64,000 nt of DNA, taken from Octopus sinensis (Eukaryota). Position numbers and translations under genes: made by a program. Positions within the stretch are counted from its first letter, which is position 1, and each line of letters begins with the position of its first letter. Below are positions 38,131-51,249 of this stretch, in pieces. The stretch covers positions 29,264,001 to 29,328,000 of the forward strand of contig NC_042997.1 in the NCBI RefSeq assembly GCF_006345805.1, given 5' to 3'. The notes beneath the pieces are model-generated. The model worked only from the letters and a program-made list of their open reading frames with translations. It had not been told where the DNA came from and ran no database searches.

Positions 38131-38280
38131 TTTTTTGTCTCCTTGTTATTTGTGTCCCTTTCTATAGAAGAGCGTAGGCTCGAAACGTAAGATACTTTTT
38201 TCTATCCCTGAGCGTTATACTAATACATTTGTTTGTTTTGTACACCACCTGTCTTCATCTTTCGTAAACTCTCCCTATTT
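38131..38280 (+). mobile_element. Solo PLE 3'-end (pseudo-LTR-like) repeat
   Basis: gaagagcgtaggctcgaaacg..gagcgttatactaatac..cacctgtcttc..actctccct; same family as 52976-53130 and 55086-55260. Confidence 0.65.
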
Positions 38281-40485
38281 GTAAATATATATAAACATAT
38301 ACATGCAGATATACACTCATATACACGGGTACGCATTGAAAATATACATTTCAAGATGATAATATATACATATAAGTAACAATATATGCATGTATGTAAA
38401 CATACACAGTTATATGCACGTGTAAAATACACGTATACACACAGTTGGTTTAGATATATAAGAATAAGTTACTTTCACATAATTGTTTATACTTACACAC
38501 ATACACACACACACATATATATATATATATAAATACATATATATGTTATATATATATATATATATATAGCAAAAACAATTAAGATTCAAGTGAATTCCAA
38601 TGAATTCAAATGAATTTGGTACTTAACTTAGATGCACCAGAATTCTTTATGGTATTAACCATAAAATAATGTGGGGTGATTATAACAAGAAAAAAGCAAC
38701 AAGAATGGATTAGTAGTTTAGTACAATTGTTAACTACTAATCCATTCTTGTTGCTTTTTTCTTGGTTATATATATATATATATATATATATACATGCATG
38801 TACACAGTGAATCATGTATCAATACTTGTGTATCTATAGATAATTTCTTTAAAATTATTTAACACAATTTTCATAAACTTGTATCCGTAAATGCTACGTG
38901 CTTATACTTATTCCTACAAGTAGAATTGAGCGTTTCATTTACGAAAACAAAAACAAAAAGAAATTCGTAATATGTAAGTACGTACATTGTAAAACATAAT
39001 TCTATCACCATATCAAAAAATTGCTATCAATCAAGTAATGACAAAATAATTTGATTGGCTTTTAAAATAGCTTTTATAATGCTTTCTGTTGGTTGATCTC
39101 TAATCATTAGGTACGTAGTGTAAAGACGTGTATAGAAAGTGCTTTGAGTGAAAAATTGAAAGAGTGGAGCAGAAACAGAGAAATTGTGATGGGGTAAAGA
39201 TTTTGCTAAATCTCAAGGGAATACAGGATCAAGTTAAATGTGTTGACGTGCGTGTATTTATATAACAACATCACGTCAATACGTAAAGAATTTTAGAATA
39301 AAGTTTCAAGATTTTTAATAAAATTTATTACGATCGAAAATCACCCATCAAAATCTTAACAGCTCCTGAGATTTTCTAACAGTATTAAGTGTATGAGAAA
39401 ACTTTTTAAAATTCACAAAGGAATGATATTTACTGTGATTAGAATGCTATTAAAATCCAAGAGAAAATACGCTGTAAAAGCTAGAAGCCAGATTTAATGC
39501 AGGTGGTTTAGAAAGATGATGCCAGGAGGATAGAGAGGGTGAATGGAAACATGAGATAGATAAGCAGATAGATAAATAGATAGATGAATAGAGAGAATAA
39601 GAGAGAGAGATAATAAGAAAGAGATACATTGAGAGAGAGATGGAAAGAAATAATGAAATATTAGTTAACATTTTTGCACTTGACTTTGTAGTATTTCTCA
39701 GATATTGCCTTTTCAAAATAGCGTGATATGTCATCTAAATGCATTATATCTGGAATATGAATGATTCAAAGTTAACACATACATGCAAATATACATACAC
39801 ACACACGCACACACGCACGTGTGTTGTGTGTGTGTGTGTGTGTACATAGCTCAAAATACGTATAATTTCACGAGTTTGATTTCTGATTTGGCATCTGGTA
39901 TTCCTTACGCAAGTTGCATTCTGCTGTATTTAAAGTATTTGTATCATTATTATATATCTTATATATCTTTCAGGCTATTAATAATAATCATAATCTATTA
40001 ATATTCACAATCAGTTACTTCTTCAAATAATTTAGATTCAGGGTCTTTCTAATTATCTGCATGTTTGAAAACAGGAACTCCAGTTTTTGAGTATCTGTAA
40101 TTGCATCAATGTTTTTTTTTTTGTTTAAGACACTTAGATTTTCCATTCATGTTTAAATAAATTTGATGATGTCTTTACGTAAGCGAAGGTAAGAGGGACA
40201 GAGGAGATAAAGTTATCTAGACTGTGACTTACGAACCAGCAATTTGGAAGATATAGTTCTCTAGGCAGTGAATTAAAGCAAATAGAGAGAAAACCGAATG
40301 TGTTTTTCAGAGATGACCACAGTAGTCTGCGAAGCAGGGCTCAAGCATCTATGTGTATAATAATAATACATTGCTATTCTAGAAAAAAAGCAGTAATCTT
40401 ACGGAGAAAGAAAGGGCAAGCTTATTGTTGAAAAGTTTCAGGGCAACATTAGAGAGACGGAGAAGGATAGAGAAAGTGAGAGACT

Positions 40486-40516
<31 letters not shown>

Positions 40517-40774
40517 GTGCGGAGGGGCATAAAGCTATCTAGATAGTGATATACGAACCAGCAAGCTGGAAGACATAGTTCAAGAAAATATAAAGAAAAC
40601 AGCTTACTCGTACGTAATGCACTGTCTCGATAGCTTTATACTCCCCTCCTTCTCTCTGTCTCTCTCTCTCTCTCCCCGCTCTCACTTTCTCTATCCCATT
40701 CCCTCTCACTCTCTTATTTTTAGACTGACGAGTTTGGAACATTTCAACAGCAGGTTTTGCCCTTTTTTTCTCCG

Positions 40775-40832
<58 letters not shown>

Positions 40833-40916
40833 CCCTCGTTCTAGTTTAACGACCCTCCATGTTTGTTTTCGTATTTTATGTTGTTTGCTGTTGGTGACAT
40901 CCTGTACCCAGTATGC

Positions 40917-40949
<33 letters not shown>

Positions 40950-41184
40950 AGTTTGAAAATAGTAATTTTCTGAGAGATTTTATGTTTTGGTTCTTCTTGA
41001 AAAGACGAACCTTATCAAATATACATATATATATATTTTAAAAGTTAAGTGTAATAAAAGAAAAGTCCATAATCATTTCTTACTAGTTAAAACAGAATCC
41101 ACGTGGTAGCGTTTTACGTGTCCGAACATAATGGCTGCCTTGTGCGTTGACTAGAATCGTTGGCTCATATAGTGAAAGTGATCG

Positions 41185-41490
41185 TTAGCTGTAATAGTAG
41201 TAGTAGTAGTGGAAGTGACGGTTGGCTGTAATGGCAGCAGTAGCAGAGAGCGCTGTTTGCAGTAGTAGTAGTGATCGTGAGGTTAGTGGTGGTTGGAGTT
41301 GTACAATTCTTTTTTTCCTTTTAGATAAAAGAACAGGGGACTTCCAGCGATCGACAATTTCCTGGGTGTCGAGTATCGTAGAACCAGCTGCCTTCGTCAA
41401 GCCTCCCATTGACAACCTTTTGGGGCCGAAAATCTCCTTGGTTGCATCAGAAAAGGGGCGCAAGTCTAGTTGGTCTGCATAGTTTTGCAT
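41185..41490 (-). mobile_element. RTE-clade LINE internal fragment
   Basis: MQNYADQLDLRPFSDATKEIFGP..LTKAAGSTILDTQEIVDRWK resembles the RTE region between the endonuclease and RT. Confidence 0.6.
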
Positions 41491-42157
41491 CCCCTCTGCT
41501 TTTGTCTGCCACCAGATGTTCTGAGCTTCTCTTATTACTCGCGGGCATGCAGCTGGTGCCTGCTAGTGTTTTCATTTGTTCTCTCTCTCATATATATGTG
41601 TGTGTGTGTGTGTGTATGTGTTTGTGAGTGTGTATGTGTGTGTGGTGTGTGTGTGTGTGTGTTTGTGTGTTTGTATGCGTGTATATATTAACTGAAAATA
41701 CATCCTTTTGTAAGAATTTATATATATATATATTATATATATATATATATATATTTATGGACTTCATTTGAGTCTTGTGTGTTGGAGATATTAACTGAAA
41801 AGTAGCAAATCTGTTTGAATGTCATTCCCTACAGGAGTTGGAAGACTGAATATGCATAAACTTCTCTTCAGTTCAACGCTGCGTAGGGATAGACTCTATA
41901 TGGAAACCTACTTGTTCACTACGTTACAGCGTTTTCTTTTATGATTTCAGTCTTACTAAGTGCAAAGTCATCGTATTTGACCTCATGAATGGGGTAAGTG
42001 GACAAACTATAAATATAAACTAGGACATTCATAACGTGATTCCAGTTTACGTGATTCGATTTAGATTTATGGTAACCTATATCACATCGACCAAATGTCT
42101 GACAATTGGTAATCCATTGTGTAAATGTAGCGGGAATATCTTCTTATTAAGTTTTTA

Positions 42158-42245
<88 letters not shown>

Positions 42246-42513
42246 TTTATACATACATATATATATATATCTGTAGTGTACACATTATGTTTTCCCTCTC
42301 CTTTTGTGGTGTGTAAATATATATATATATATATATATTTATACATATATATATATATATATATACATATATATCTGTAGTGTACATTCTGTTTTTCCCT
42401 CTCCTTTTGTGGTGTGTAAATATATATATATATATACATGCATGTATGTAAGTAAGTGTGTGTGTTTGTGGTGTGTGTGGGAGGGGTGTATGTATATACG
42501 TGTATGTATGAGG

Positions 42514-42593
<80 letters not shown>

Positions 42594-43981
42594 ATAATAC
42601 CTTTCAAACAGACACATGCATGCATACGTATATAAACATATGAAAACATTGATAACATGTAAGTAAAACAACCATCTATTTTGTGAACAGATCGTCAATA
42701 CGCTCCTTAATATAAATAAAATAGCCACTATGCTGACATTTACAGTCTAAAATTTAAGATTTGTTCTGAAATTAACCTAGTATTAAATTAATTTAATAAC
42801 CAAATTCTTTCTTATGTTGGTGGTATTTTTGTTTGTTTATTTTGTTTTATGTTGTTTTTGTTATTTTTAAATGTAAAAAGTAACTCCAAAAAATGTATAA
42901 AAAACAAACGCGAAATGCTAAATAACCTAGCACTTAAGCTTAATATATTTCAACAGTATATGTTTTCTTTCTGAAAACACGATAAGGAAATATTTGCCAT
43001 TTATTATCTTTATTTTTATTCTTTATTTTATTATTTACTTGTTTTTCTTCCAGATTATTTATCTTGTGTGGAGTGGTTTCTCATTCTCCTATGCATTTGT
43101 TTGCATTTAATGTTTTAGTCCATGTTATCTGATTTTTACAGTGCATTACTTAACAATGCCATGTTTATGCTCATCATTTTATTTAATATACACACCTAAA
43201 TAAATATTCAATGTCTATATGTTCAAGGTCATTCAAAAATAGATTCTGACACTTAATAGTTGGTAATTACATGTCAAGAAAACTGGATGAAACCCATACA
43301 TGTGTATGTGCATGTGTGTGTTTGTGTGTGTGTTTGTGTTCTGTGTCTGTGGCTGTGCACGTGATTGCTAATTTCTGTGTGTCAGTCTGTCACACATCTC
43401 TCACTATTCAATGGAACTTCTACTATTCCTCGAGCTAGGTTGAGGGTAATAGTAGATGAGGGCGGTGGTAAAGACAGAGAGAGAGAGAGAAAGAGAGAGA
43501 GAGGGAGAGAGAATAGAATAAAAGGAATAGAAAGAGACAGACAAAGGAATTTGGGGGGAGTTGATGTTGTTTTATTAAAGTAGTAGTATTGATGGTGGAA
43601 GTGGGAGTATTAATAAGAGAGAGAGAGAGAAAGAGTGGGTAATTGAAACAAAGAGGCAGATGATATACAATTTTGTTTAACCATGACTCTTTCACAGAAA
43701 CTCCTGTGGCCAACGTACTGAACGCTATCATCTTTGTTTTAACTTTTGCTTTCTGTGAAATACACTTTTATTTAAGTGAAGTTTTCTCATAATGAGACAT
43801 ATTTAATATTATAAATATGAATCTAAATGTGTCACACTTTTTCAGCTTTAATAAATCCTGGCCTCAATTTTTTGGGGAAGGGATTAAGTTGATTACTGGT
43901 AGTAATTTTATTGACCCCGAATAGATGAAAATCGATTTCGGTGGAATTTGAACTGAAAACATAACGGCCGACGAAATACCG

Positions 43982-44211
43982 ATTTCTTTACTACCCACAA
44001 GGGACTAAACACAGAGGGGACAAAGAAGGACAGACAAACGGATTAAGTCGATTATATAGACCCCAGTGCGTAACTGGTACTTATTTAATCGACCCCGAAA
44101 GGATGAAAAGCAAAGTCGACCGCGGTGGAATTTGAACTCAGAACGTAGCGGCCGACGAAAAACCGCCAAGCTTTTCGACTAGCGTGCTAACGACTCTGCC
44201 AGTTCGCAGCC
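43982..44211 (-). mobile_element. tRNA-derived SINE (same family as 53801-54032)
   Basis: Reverse complement aligns to 53801-54032 along its full length; a more degraded fragment lies at ~43890-43980. Confidence 0.9.
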
Positions 44212-44700
44212 TTAATATAATATGATAATATAGTATAATATAATAAATCACATTGTCAGTGTGTCGCACTTTTTCAACTTTACTCCTAGACGCCATAGCC
44301 CGACATATCATACCATTTTTGAATCAGGCTGACTCTGAGAGTAAATCAAAAACATTGTGGACCGAATCCGGCCCCACCATCCTGAAACTTTGGATTCCCA
44401 AGTTTTCATTATTGTGATTATTTCCGGCAATTTCTTTACGTGACTTTTGCGACGAAACATTTTGTACGGTAACAATTTTTATAATCTAAAGGCGAATCCG
44501 GTCCTGCAATCCTGACATTTTGGATTCCTAGGTTTTCATTACTGCAATTGTTTCTGCCAATTATTTTACGTGATCTTTGGTGATCAATAGGATCATCTAC
44601 GGGATCTGACTCTGGAGGAATCAATGGCAACAAATTTTCCAAGACAAGTCAGAGATCTCTTTGCAGATCTTCCCATTCGGGGTCAGTTGCTCAAAAGCTA

Positions 44701-44740
<40 letters not shown>

Positions 44741-44744
<4 letters not shown>

Positions 44745-45015
44745 CCGGACCGGGCTGCGTGTTGTGTTCTTGAGCAAGACACGTTATTTCACGTTGCTCC
44801 AGTCCACTCAGCTGTAGAAATGAGTTGCAACATCACTGGTGCCAAGCCGTATCGACCTTTGCCTTTCCCTTGGATAACATCAATGGTGTGGAGAGGGGAG
44901 GCTGGTATGCATGGGCGACTGCTGGCCTTCCTTAAACAACCTTGCTCGGACTTGCACCAAGGAGGGTAACTTACTAGGTGCAATCCCATGGTCATTCATA
45001 ACCGAACGGGGTCTC
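44741..45015 (+). mobile_element. SINE body with head truncated at the B box
   Basis: ttcccggaccggg..tgtgttcttgagcaagac..gttgctccagtccactcagctg, shared with 21718-21953. Confidence 0.75.
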
Positions 45016-45030
45016 CCACTCATATATATA

Positions 45031-45212
45031 TATTTTTTTTCTAGTTTCAGCTCAGAGATACGGCCATGCTGATGCACCGCCGTTACAATGTGCTATGCTT
45101 ACTGCACCTAGATTTCCCAAGCAGTCACCCATCTAAGTACTGACTAGGCTCGACGTTGCTTAACTTCGGTGATCAGACGAGAACCGGTGCTTTCAACGTG
45201 ATATGGCCGTGA

Positions 45213-45215
<3 letters not shown>
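45031..45215 (-). mobile_element. 5S rRNA-headed retroposon with CR1 3' tail (SINE3-like or chimeric retrocopy)
   Basis: The 5S sequence at 45215-45097 is followed directly by tagcac..gcggtgcatcagcatggccg.a.ctctgagctgaaactag and an A-run, matching 63825-63886. Confidence 0.85.
45097..45215 (-). pseudogene. 5S rRNA-derived sequence (full length, several substitutions)
   Basis: ggctcacggccatatcacgttgaaagcaccggttctcgtctgatcaccgaagttaagcaacgtcgagcctagtcagtacttagatgggtgactgcttgggaaatctaggtgcagtaagc matches metazoan 5S rRNA including box A/C regions. Confidence 0.9.
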
Positions 45216-45264
<49 letters not shown>

Positions 45265-45589
45265 AATACATACATGCATATATATATAGAGAGAGAGAGA
45301 TATGTGTGTGTGTTTGTGTTTGTGATACGTGTTATGTAAGTAGATGAAGCCAGTGCCTCTTCGTGTATCAAAATAAACACATATGGCATATATAATTATG
45401 TGGCCATAAATAAATAGATACAACACGCAAGAGCACACGCACAGAAATACAAATATACGTGTGTGTCTTCTTATATTCATTTATGTGTTCCAATGCAAAG
45501 TCTTGAGTACATAAATGAAACCAGTACCCAAGCATTCTACATTACATCGAAATTAAGTATGATATATCTTTGAGTCATTATAGACTGCA

Positions 45590-45790
45590 GCCATGCTGGA
45601 GCATCGCCTTCATGAATATCTCTGTCAAATAAATCGATCCCGGTACTTATTATTGTTAAAGCTTCTTACCTACTCTAACGGTGCCTTTGGCCGAACTCCT
45701 GAGTTATGGGGCCGTAAACATTGTAACATCGATTGAGAAGCGGAGATAACGGACCAGCGTAGATACAAAGACACTCTTACACAAACACAC
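45590..45790 (+). mobile_element. Degraded SINE-like 3' portion
   Basis: cagccatgctggagcatcgcctt..aaatcgatccc..tggccgaactcctgagttatggggccgtaaac; related to 1-150. Confidence 0.5.
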
Positions 45791-46358
45791 ACATCCACAC
45801 ATACACACATGTATATATATATATGCGTGATGTGTGTATGTTTGTTTGTATGTGTGTATGTGTCTGAACAGGGAAACACGAAGTTGGGAAGCAAGCGTTG
45901 TAGTACGCAGCCGCGCCTATGCTTTACAGAATTCTATGTTAAAAACGTTGCCAGGAGAGATATGCTATTGATGACTCTCAAAAAATCGAAGCACGCATTT
46001 AGCAGTTCAACTTACGTCTACTACTGATATATAGGGGATACTGTTCCGTGACGAAAACCACAGTTTATAGGCTCTATGTAATATATATGTATTAAATATA
46101 TTTATATCGATATCTACTATCTTTGCATCTATTTATTGCAATATTCGCATATCCACGTGGGAGTAATTGTTAGCTAAAGAATGTAACACGACGCCCAGTC
46201 CGGAAATCGAACCTACAACGTAACGATTGTGAGTGCAATACCTTAAATACTAAGTAACACACTATCAATATACCTATCTATGTATTTGTCTGTCTGTCTG
46301 TCCGCCTACTCTCTGTCCATATATCTTTTTTCTCTTTCTTTATGCATCTCTGTCTATC

Positions 46359-46394
<36 letters not shown>

Positions 46395-47949
46395 TGTATG
46401 TATGTATGTATGTATATGTATATGTATATACTGAGTGGCTCACTGAGACGCAGGTTTGTTTTATACATTCGTCTATTATGAAGCATAACCAGTTACAAAT
46501 ATGAAAACTAATTAATTTTGCCTCAAAAGTTACCAGACTATCATGGAACAGACAGTGATTTTATGTATAAAATAACCTCTTCAAAATTCTTTGATAAACA
46601 ATATGGAGTATGTACTCTTTTATGTTCTTTAAAAACTTCCTGAAGTTTTCTGACGTGGTTATAGATCAATAAATGTGAATCTCACAGGCATTTTAAGAAT
46701 CTTTGAACAATTTACATCACGTATTCTAGTTTCGCCATCTCTTCTGATTATACGTAATAATGAGACCCGCAGGAAGAATTATGTGATGTAAATATTTGGT
46801 AGACTGAACACAACACCATAGTTATCAACTTTCTTGTGCAGGGATACCATTAGCGAAGTGTGTTAATTACTTAGATGTGTTAATGTCCTTTGTCTGATAT
46901 TCATTAATATTAGTATCTCTTAAAGTGAGGAGTTGGTTTCTAATATTTTCCGAAGTATGTCGATAAAACCAATTACATTCTATATTTTATGCATTCCCGT
47001 AGTCTAGTCAAAGACATCACTTTCCTGATTCTCAGACCAGTAAAAATTGATATATTTTAGGGAAAAAGAAACAATATCAAACGAAAAGTATTTTTATATA
47101 CGCATATCTGTGTACATGTGTTTGCTCTTTTTACATAATGCGCAATACAATTGTGCCTCATCCAATGTAATTTTAAAGAACGATAGGTCCTATTCTTAAA
47201 TAATTACGTTTACTACATATTTATGTTTACTAAAAATAATAAGAGAATAGAAACTGTAATTTAGAGTTCTCTAATGCAAAAGAATTTTAATCTTCAACGA
47301 ATACTGTTTCCGTATAGTTCTGAAATTTTATTAAGGAGAATAACTGATAGTTCTTGAGTTCAGATATTTCAAGCTGCCAGAATAAGTTGATCCATTATTG
47401 TAAGATATATTTAGTTTCAAAACTGTGAGTAACGATATGCGTGAAACTGTTCCTATACACAGAAAAACAGATTAAAAGTACAAGTATGCAGAAGAAATTG
47501 ATCTTATTTTACTTGTTTACCCGAAGAAAAATTTTGTCATAGTTACAAGGGCAAACATTTTCATGGAACATATTTTAAACATAACTCTTATAGGATTACT
47601 AAGCTGAACTGTTAGACAGTAAGAAAAAAACATAAACGACTGCATTAGTTACATTGAATATTAAGAAAAATAAATAAAACTACAACCTAGATACAGCTTC
47701 GGACAAAATTATGAAACAAAAATATGCTGGAAACTCACTTAATATTTGAAAACAGTATAATAAACATTCTAGACTCTGTCCCATCAATAATTAGTATTTG
47801 ATGTGTCCTTTGTTTTATAACCACTTTTATGCGTTTTCGCACCGCATACTTGAAACTAAGTCGGCGCAAGTGGGTGGGCCAATTTTCAGCTACTCATTGC
47901 GTGACACTAAGGTTTTATATTTTTACAATGAATATCTTATTGATAACTT

Positions 47950-49030
47950 ATCAATGGTTAATATTTGTTGAAAATATATCCGGAGAAACAGTTTCCTGAG
48001 GCTAAATGGACTTAAACCATTGCAAGTTGGAATGGCAAGAAGATTGAAATGCCTGAGAAAAGGTGTCCAATCAACCATCAAAAAGTACAATGAGACCGAT
48101 TTTTTTCAAAACCCATAAAGGGTGAGGTGTCAAAACGTGTTTAACCACGAGGAAAGACAGGCTACTAAAGAGAACATATCTTGCCGATAAAAAAAATATC
48201 TTCTGACGCGGCTGCCGAGGTCCGGGTGGCAAAACAAGGGAGATATAAACTCGCACAGTGATAAGCAGATTATTAGAAGTTGAGTTCAAACGATGTAAAG
48301 CCAAATAAAATCGTTGCTGTATGGGGTGAATATCAGGAAGCGATTGTCTTGGGGAAAAGAACATGAAGATTGAACTGATGATAAATAGGCTAAAGTTGTT
48401 TAATCTGATGAATGTAAATATTTATTTCCACCACTTTAGTTGGCATAACTGAAATCATTACATTTGCTAATGTTTCTTAATGGATGACAAAAATGAGCAG
48501 TAATTTTTTTTTCTACTCAGAATTTTGGAACAACTGGATCTCTTTATGCTCGCCGTAAAGTTGGAAAGGCTTATCATCCTAGATGTGGGGTCTCAACAGC
48601 AAAATTTGGAGAAGGAAGCGTAACAGTTTGGGACTGCGTGTTGTCTTCAGTCCCAGGAAACTTGGTCACTTGTGAGGGATGAATGAATTCCAACACTTAC
48701 ACCAGCATGTTAGATCAAGTTTATCAAACTTCCGTAGCCAAAGTTTTCAATGATAACATACCACATGCCGTAATCTTTGAACAAGACATTGCTCCATGCA
48801 ACACATCCAGAATTTAAATGGGTTGGTTTGAGGAGAAAAGGACGAGGGTGAAGAAATGGCCACTTCAGTTTCCATTGAACACCTATGGTCACACTAAGGT
48901 AAAAGAGTGGGAATGCACAAACATTCTTCAAAAAGCGAATTAGAAGCCTAAATTTATGAAGAGTGGCAGACAATTGTCCCAGCTATTTGTGACGACTTAG
49001 TCTCAAGGCAAGGCATAAAAGAGGTTATAA
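47950..49030 (+). mobile_element. Tc1-like transposase remnant
   Basis: TTRKDRLLKR, TRTVISRLLEVEFK, KFGEGSVTVWDC, IFEQDIAPCNTS, IEHLW, EEWQTI; numerous stops and frameshifts. Confidence 0.75.
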
Positions 49031-51249
49031 TATATAAAAGATGACTATGATGTTGATGCTGATGGTTGTGAGAAAGTCGAGTGATATTGTAATTATGATT
49101 ATTGAGATGATGGGATTAAGCAGGAAGGCATTACTACGTGCAAATGAGTCTCCGATTTCAGAAAGTGTGAGTAGATAAAAAAAAAACGTAGAATAATACA
49201 TTTTGTCCTCTTTTCTATTTCCCCCTCTATATTAGAATCTCCTACAAAACATATTTTATTAATACATAGCAATAACAACAGGAGAGCAGTGTTTTAGTAG
49301 CAATTAGCTACTTAATAACATGTGGATATTTTAAAAGAAAATTAACAATAATTTCAATGTCTGAACAAATTTGTGAATAGTTATTAGTGAGTTCTTTATA
49401 CCCACTTCATCATATACTCATGTATTTTATGTTTTAGTTTTTCTCATATTTACTTTTAACATGTTATACAAATAATGGAATGTTTCTTTCTGTTCCTTCT
49501 TTTATTCCTAGCTGTTCAAAATATTAAAGCTGTATGAGATAGGTGTATGAATAGGTTTTATGTAAATATATTCTTTTACGCTATCTGAAAGTTTAGGAGA
49601 GGTATCGCATACTGAATAATGTAAACGATATGAACTATACACATGTTCAGAAGTTACAAATGTTAGGCAAGGGAATTTATCGGAATCAGCAACAAGCAAG
49701 TGCAGCAATTGTGTGATGGAATATTAGTTGTATTTAAGAGCACGGAATGCTATTGTATTCAATTTGCAGATTTTTCTAAATAGAAAACCGTTTTTTTATG
49801 TAGTGTCCAAAAGTTTCCTTATAGCGCTCCACCATAATTGATTGATGGAATTATGATTTAGGATTCTTTACAAGCTTCTATCACTCCATGTATTCAAATA
49901 TCTCATGAAATATCACGACATATTTCCGACAATATGCGTGTGTTATATGGCCGCACGCTTCAAATCATCTAGCGTATACAATCCATTCCCTTTATGCATT
50001 CATATAAATTCCTGGGTTTGAAACCGGATGCTTGTAATTGTCAATCTGACATGTAGATAATAAAAACTCCGATTCTCATACCAGGTAATATTAGATATAT
50101 ATTGACTCATTATCTAGTCATTTATGCAAACGTTCTCTAAAGCTACAAATCAGAAATCACTAAAATGCAAATCTACCGTTAGTTTTTGTAACATTTTCTT
50201 GAATGCAGAGCGCAATACATTATAAAAAGCATTATAAAAGCAGTCCTTAGATAAACATCTGCAAAGAGGTCCAACTTTATTCTCGACAAGATATTACTAT
50301 CATTGTTTCATTCGTTTTGCATAGTGCAGTGAAAACTGCATATGGCTACATCGCAGCATGTGACCAATTATTTAGCTATTTGAAATATTAAGTCAAGAAA
50401 ACAGATTTTATGTTTTGTGTGTGTGATTAAAACGTCAAAAATGAATTTTTCATTGTCCTACAGTTGAAGATAAATGCAGGCTTAATTGATTTTCAATTTC
50501 TATGCCAGGAAATGTTTTAGAAGTAATTCAAAACTACTTGTTCAAAACAATTATATCATAAAGCATATGCAATGTCATCATATTATAATTTACGAAATTA
50601 ATTTAAAAACACGCATGTACACACACACATACACCATTCCACCCACACTCTATCTGCCGTTGTTTCCTTCAATCTCAAAAACTCCGAGTTCTATTTCGAT
50701 TCTTTTATTTCCACGCCATTAACACCAAGTATACTATCATTTATTTTCGATTCTTTCGAATCTAGATCCGTATTATTGTCATGATTCTGTGCCCCGGGCA
50801 CAAAACATGCCCGTTGCTGTCAATTATTGCAGTTATGCGTTTACATTTGACCCAAACAAGTAACCCTCTTTCGCACCCGTGGTGTATGTGGCAATTACGC
50901 ATTAAGATCTCTATTCGAACGCAGCATCCCGCATCACAATGAATGCCATTCTTATTCAGATCCTACACAGACACACATTTCGAATGTTGTCGTCCTAATT
51001 TTAGAACAATCACGTCCCACTCCTTTCTTCTTCCTGCGTAGAACTGTGAAGTAATGTAAAAACTATTAATCAATTGCAAACAAGTTACAGGTAATATTAT
51101 TTGTGTATTTCCGTCACGTAATCTAATATGAGAATATGGATTATAGCCAACTAACTTCACACCCATATTCGTGCAATGTTTATATGCGTGTTTGTGCGTG
51201 TGTGTGTGCATGTGTGTAATGTATATATATATATATATGCATATAGCAA

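Noticed and set aside
40019-40094. Possible 76-nt minus-strand exon (TQKLEFLFSNMQIIRKTLNLNYLK)
   Set aside because: Weak acceptor, no recognisable homology and no partner exons; expected by chance.
40205-40590. ~55-bp diverged direct repeat about 320 bp apart
   Set aside because: Short and diverged, with no associated structure; likely an old local duplication.
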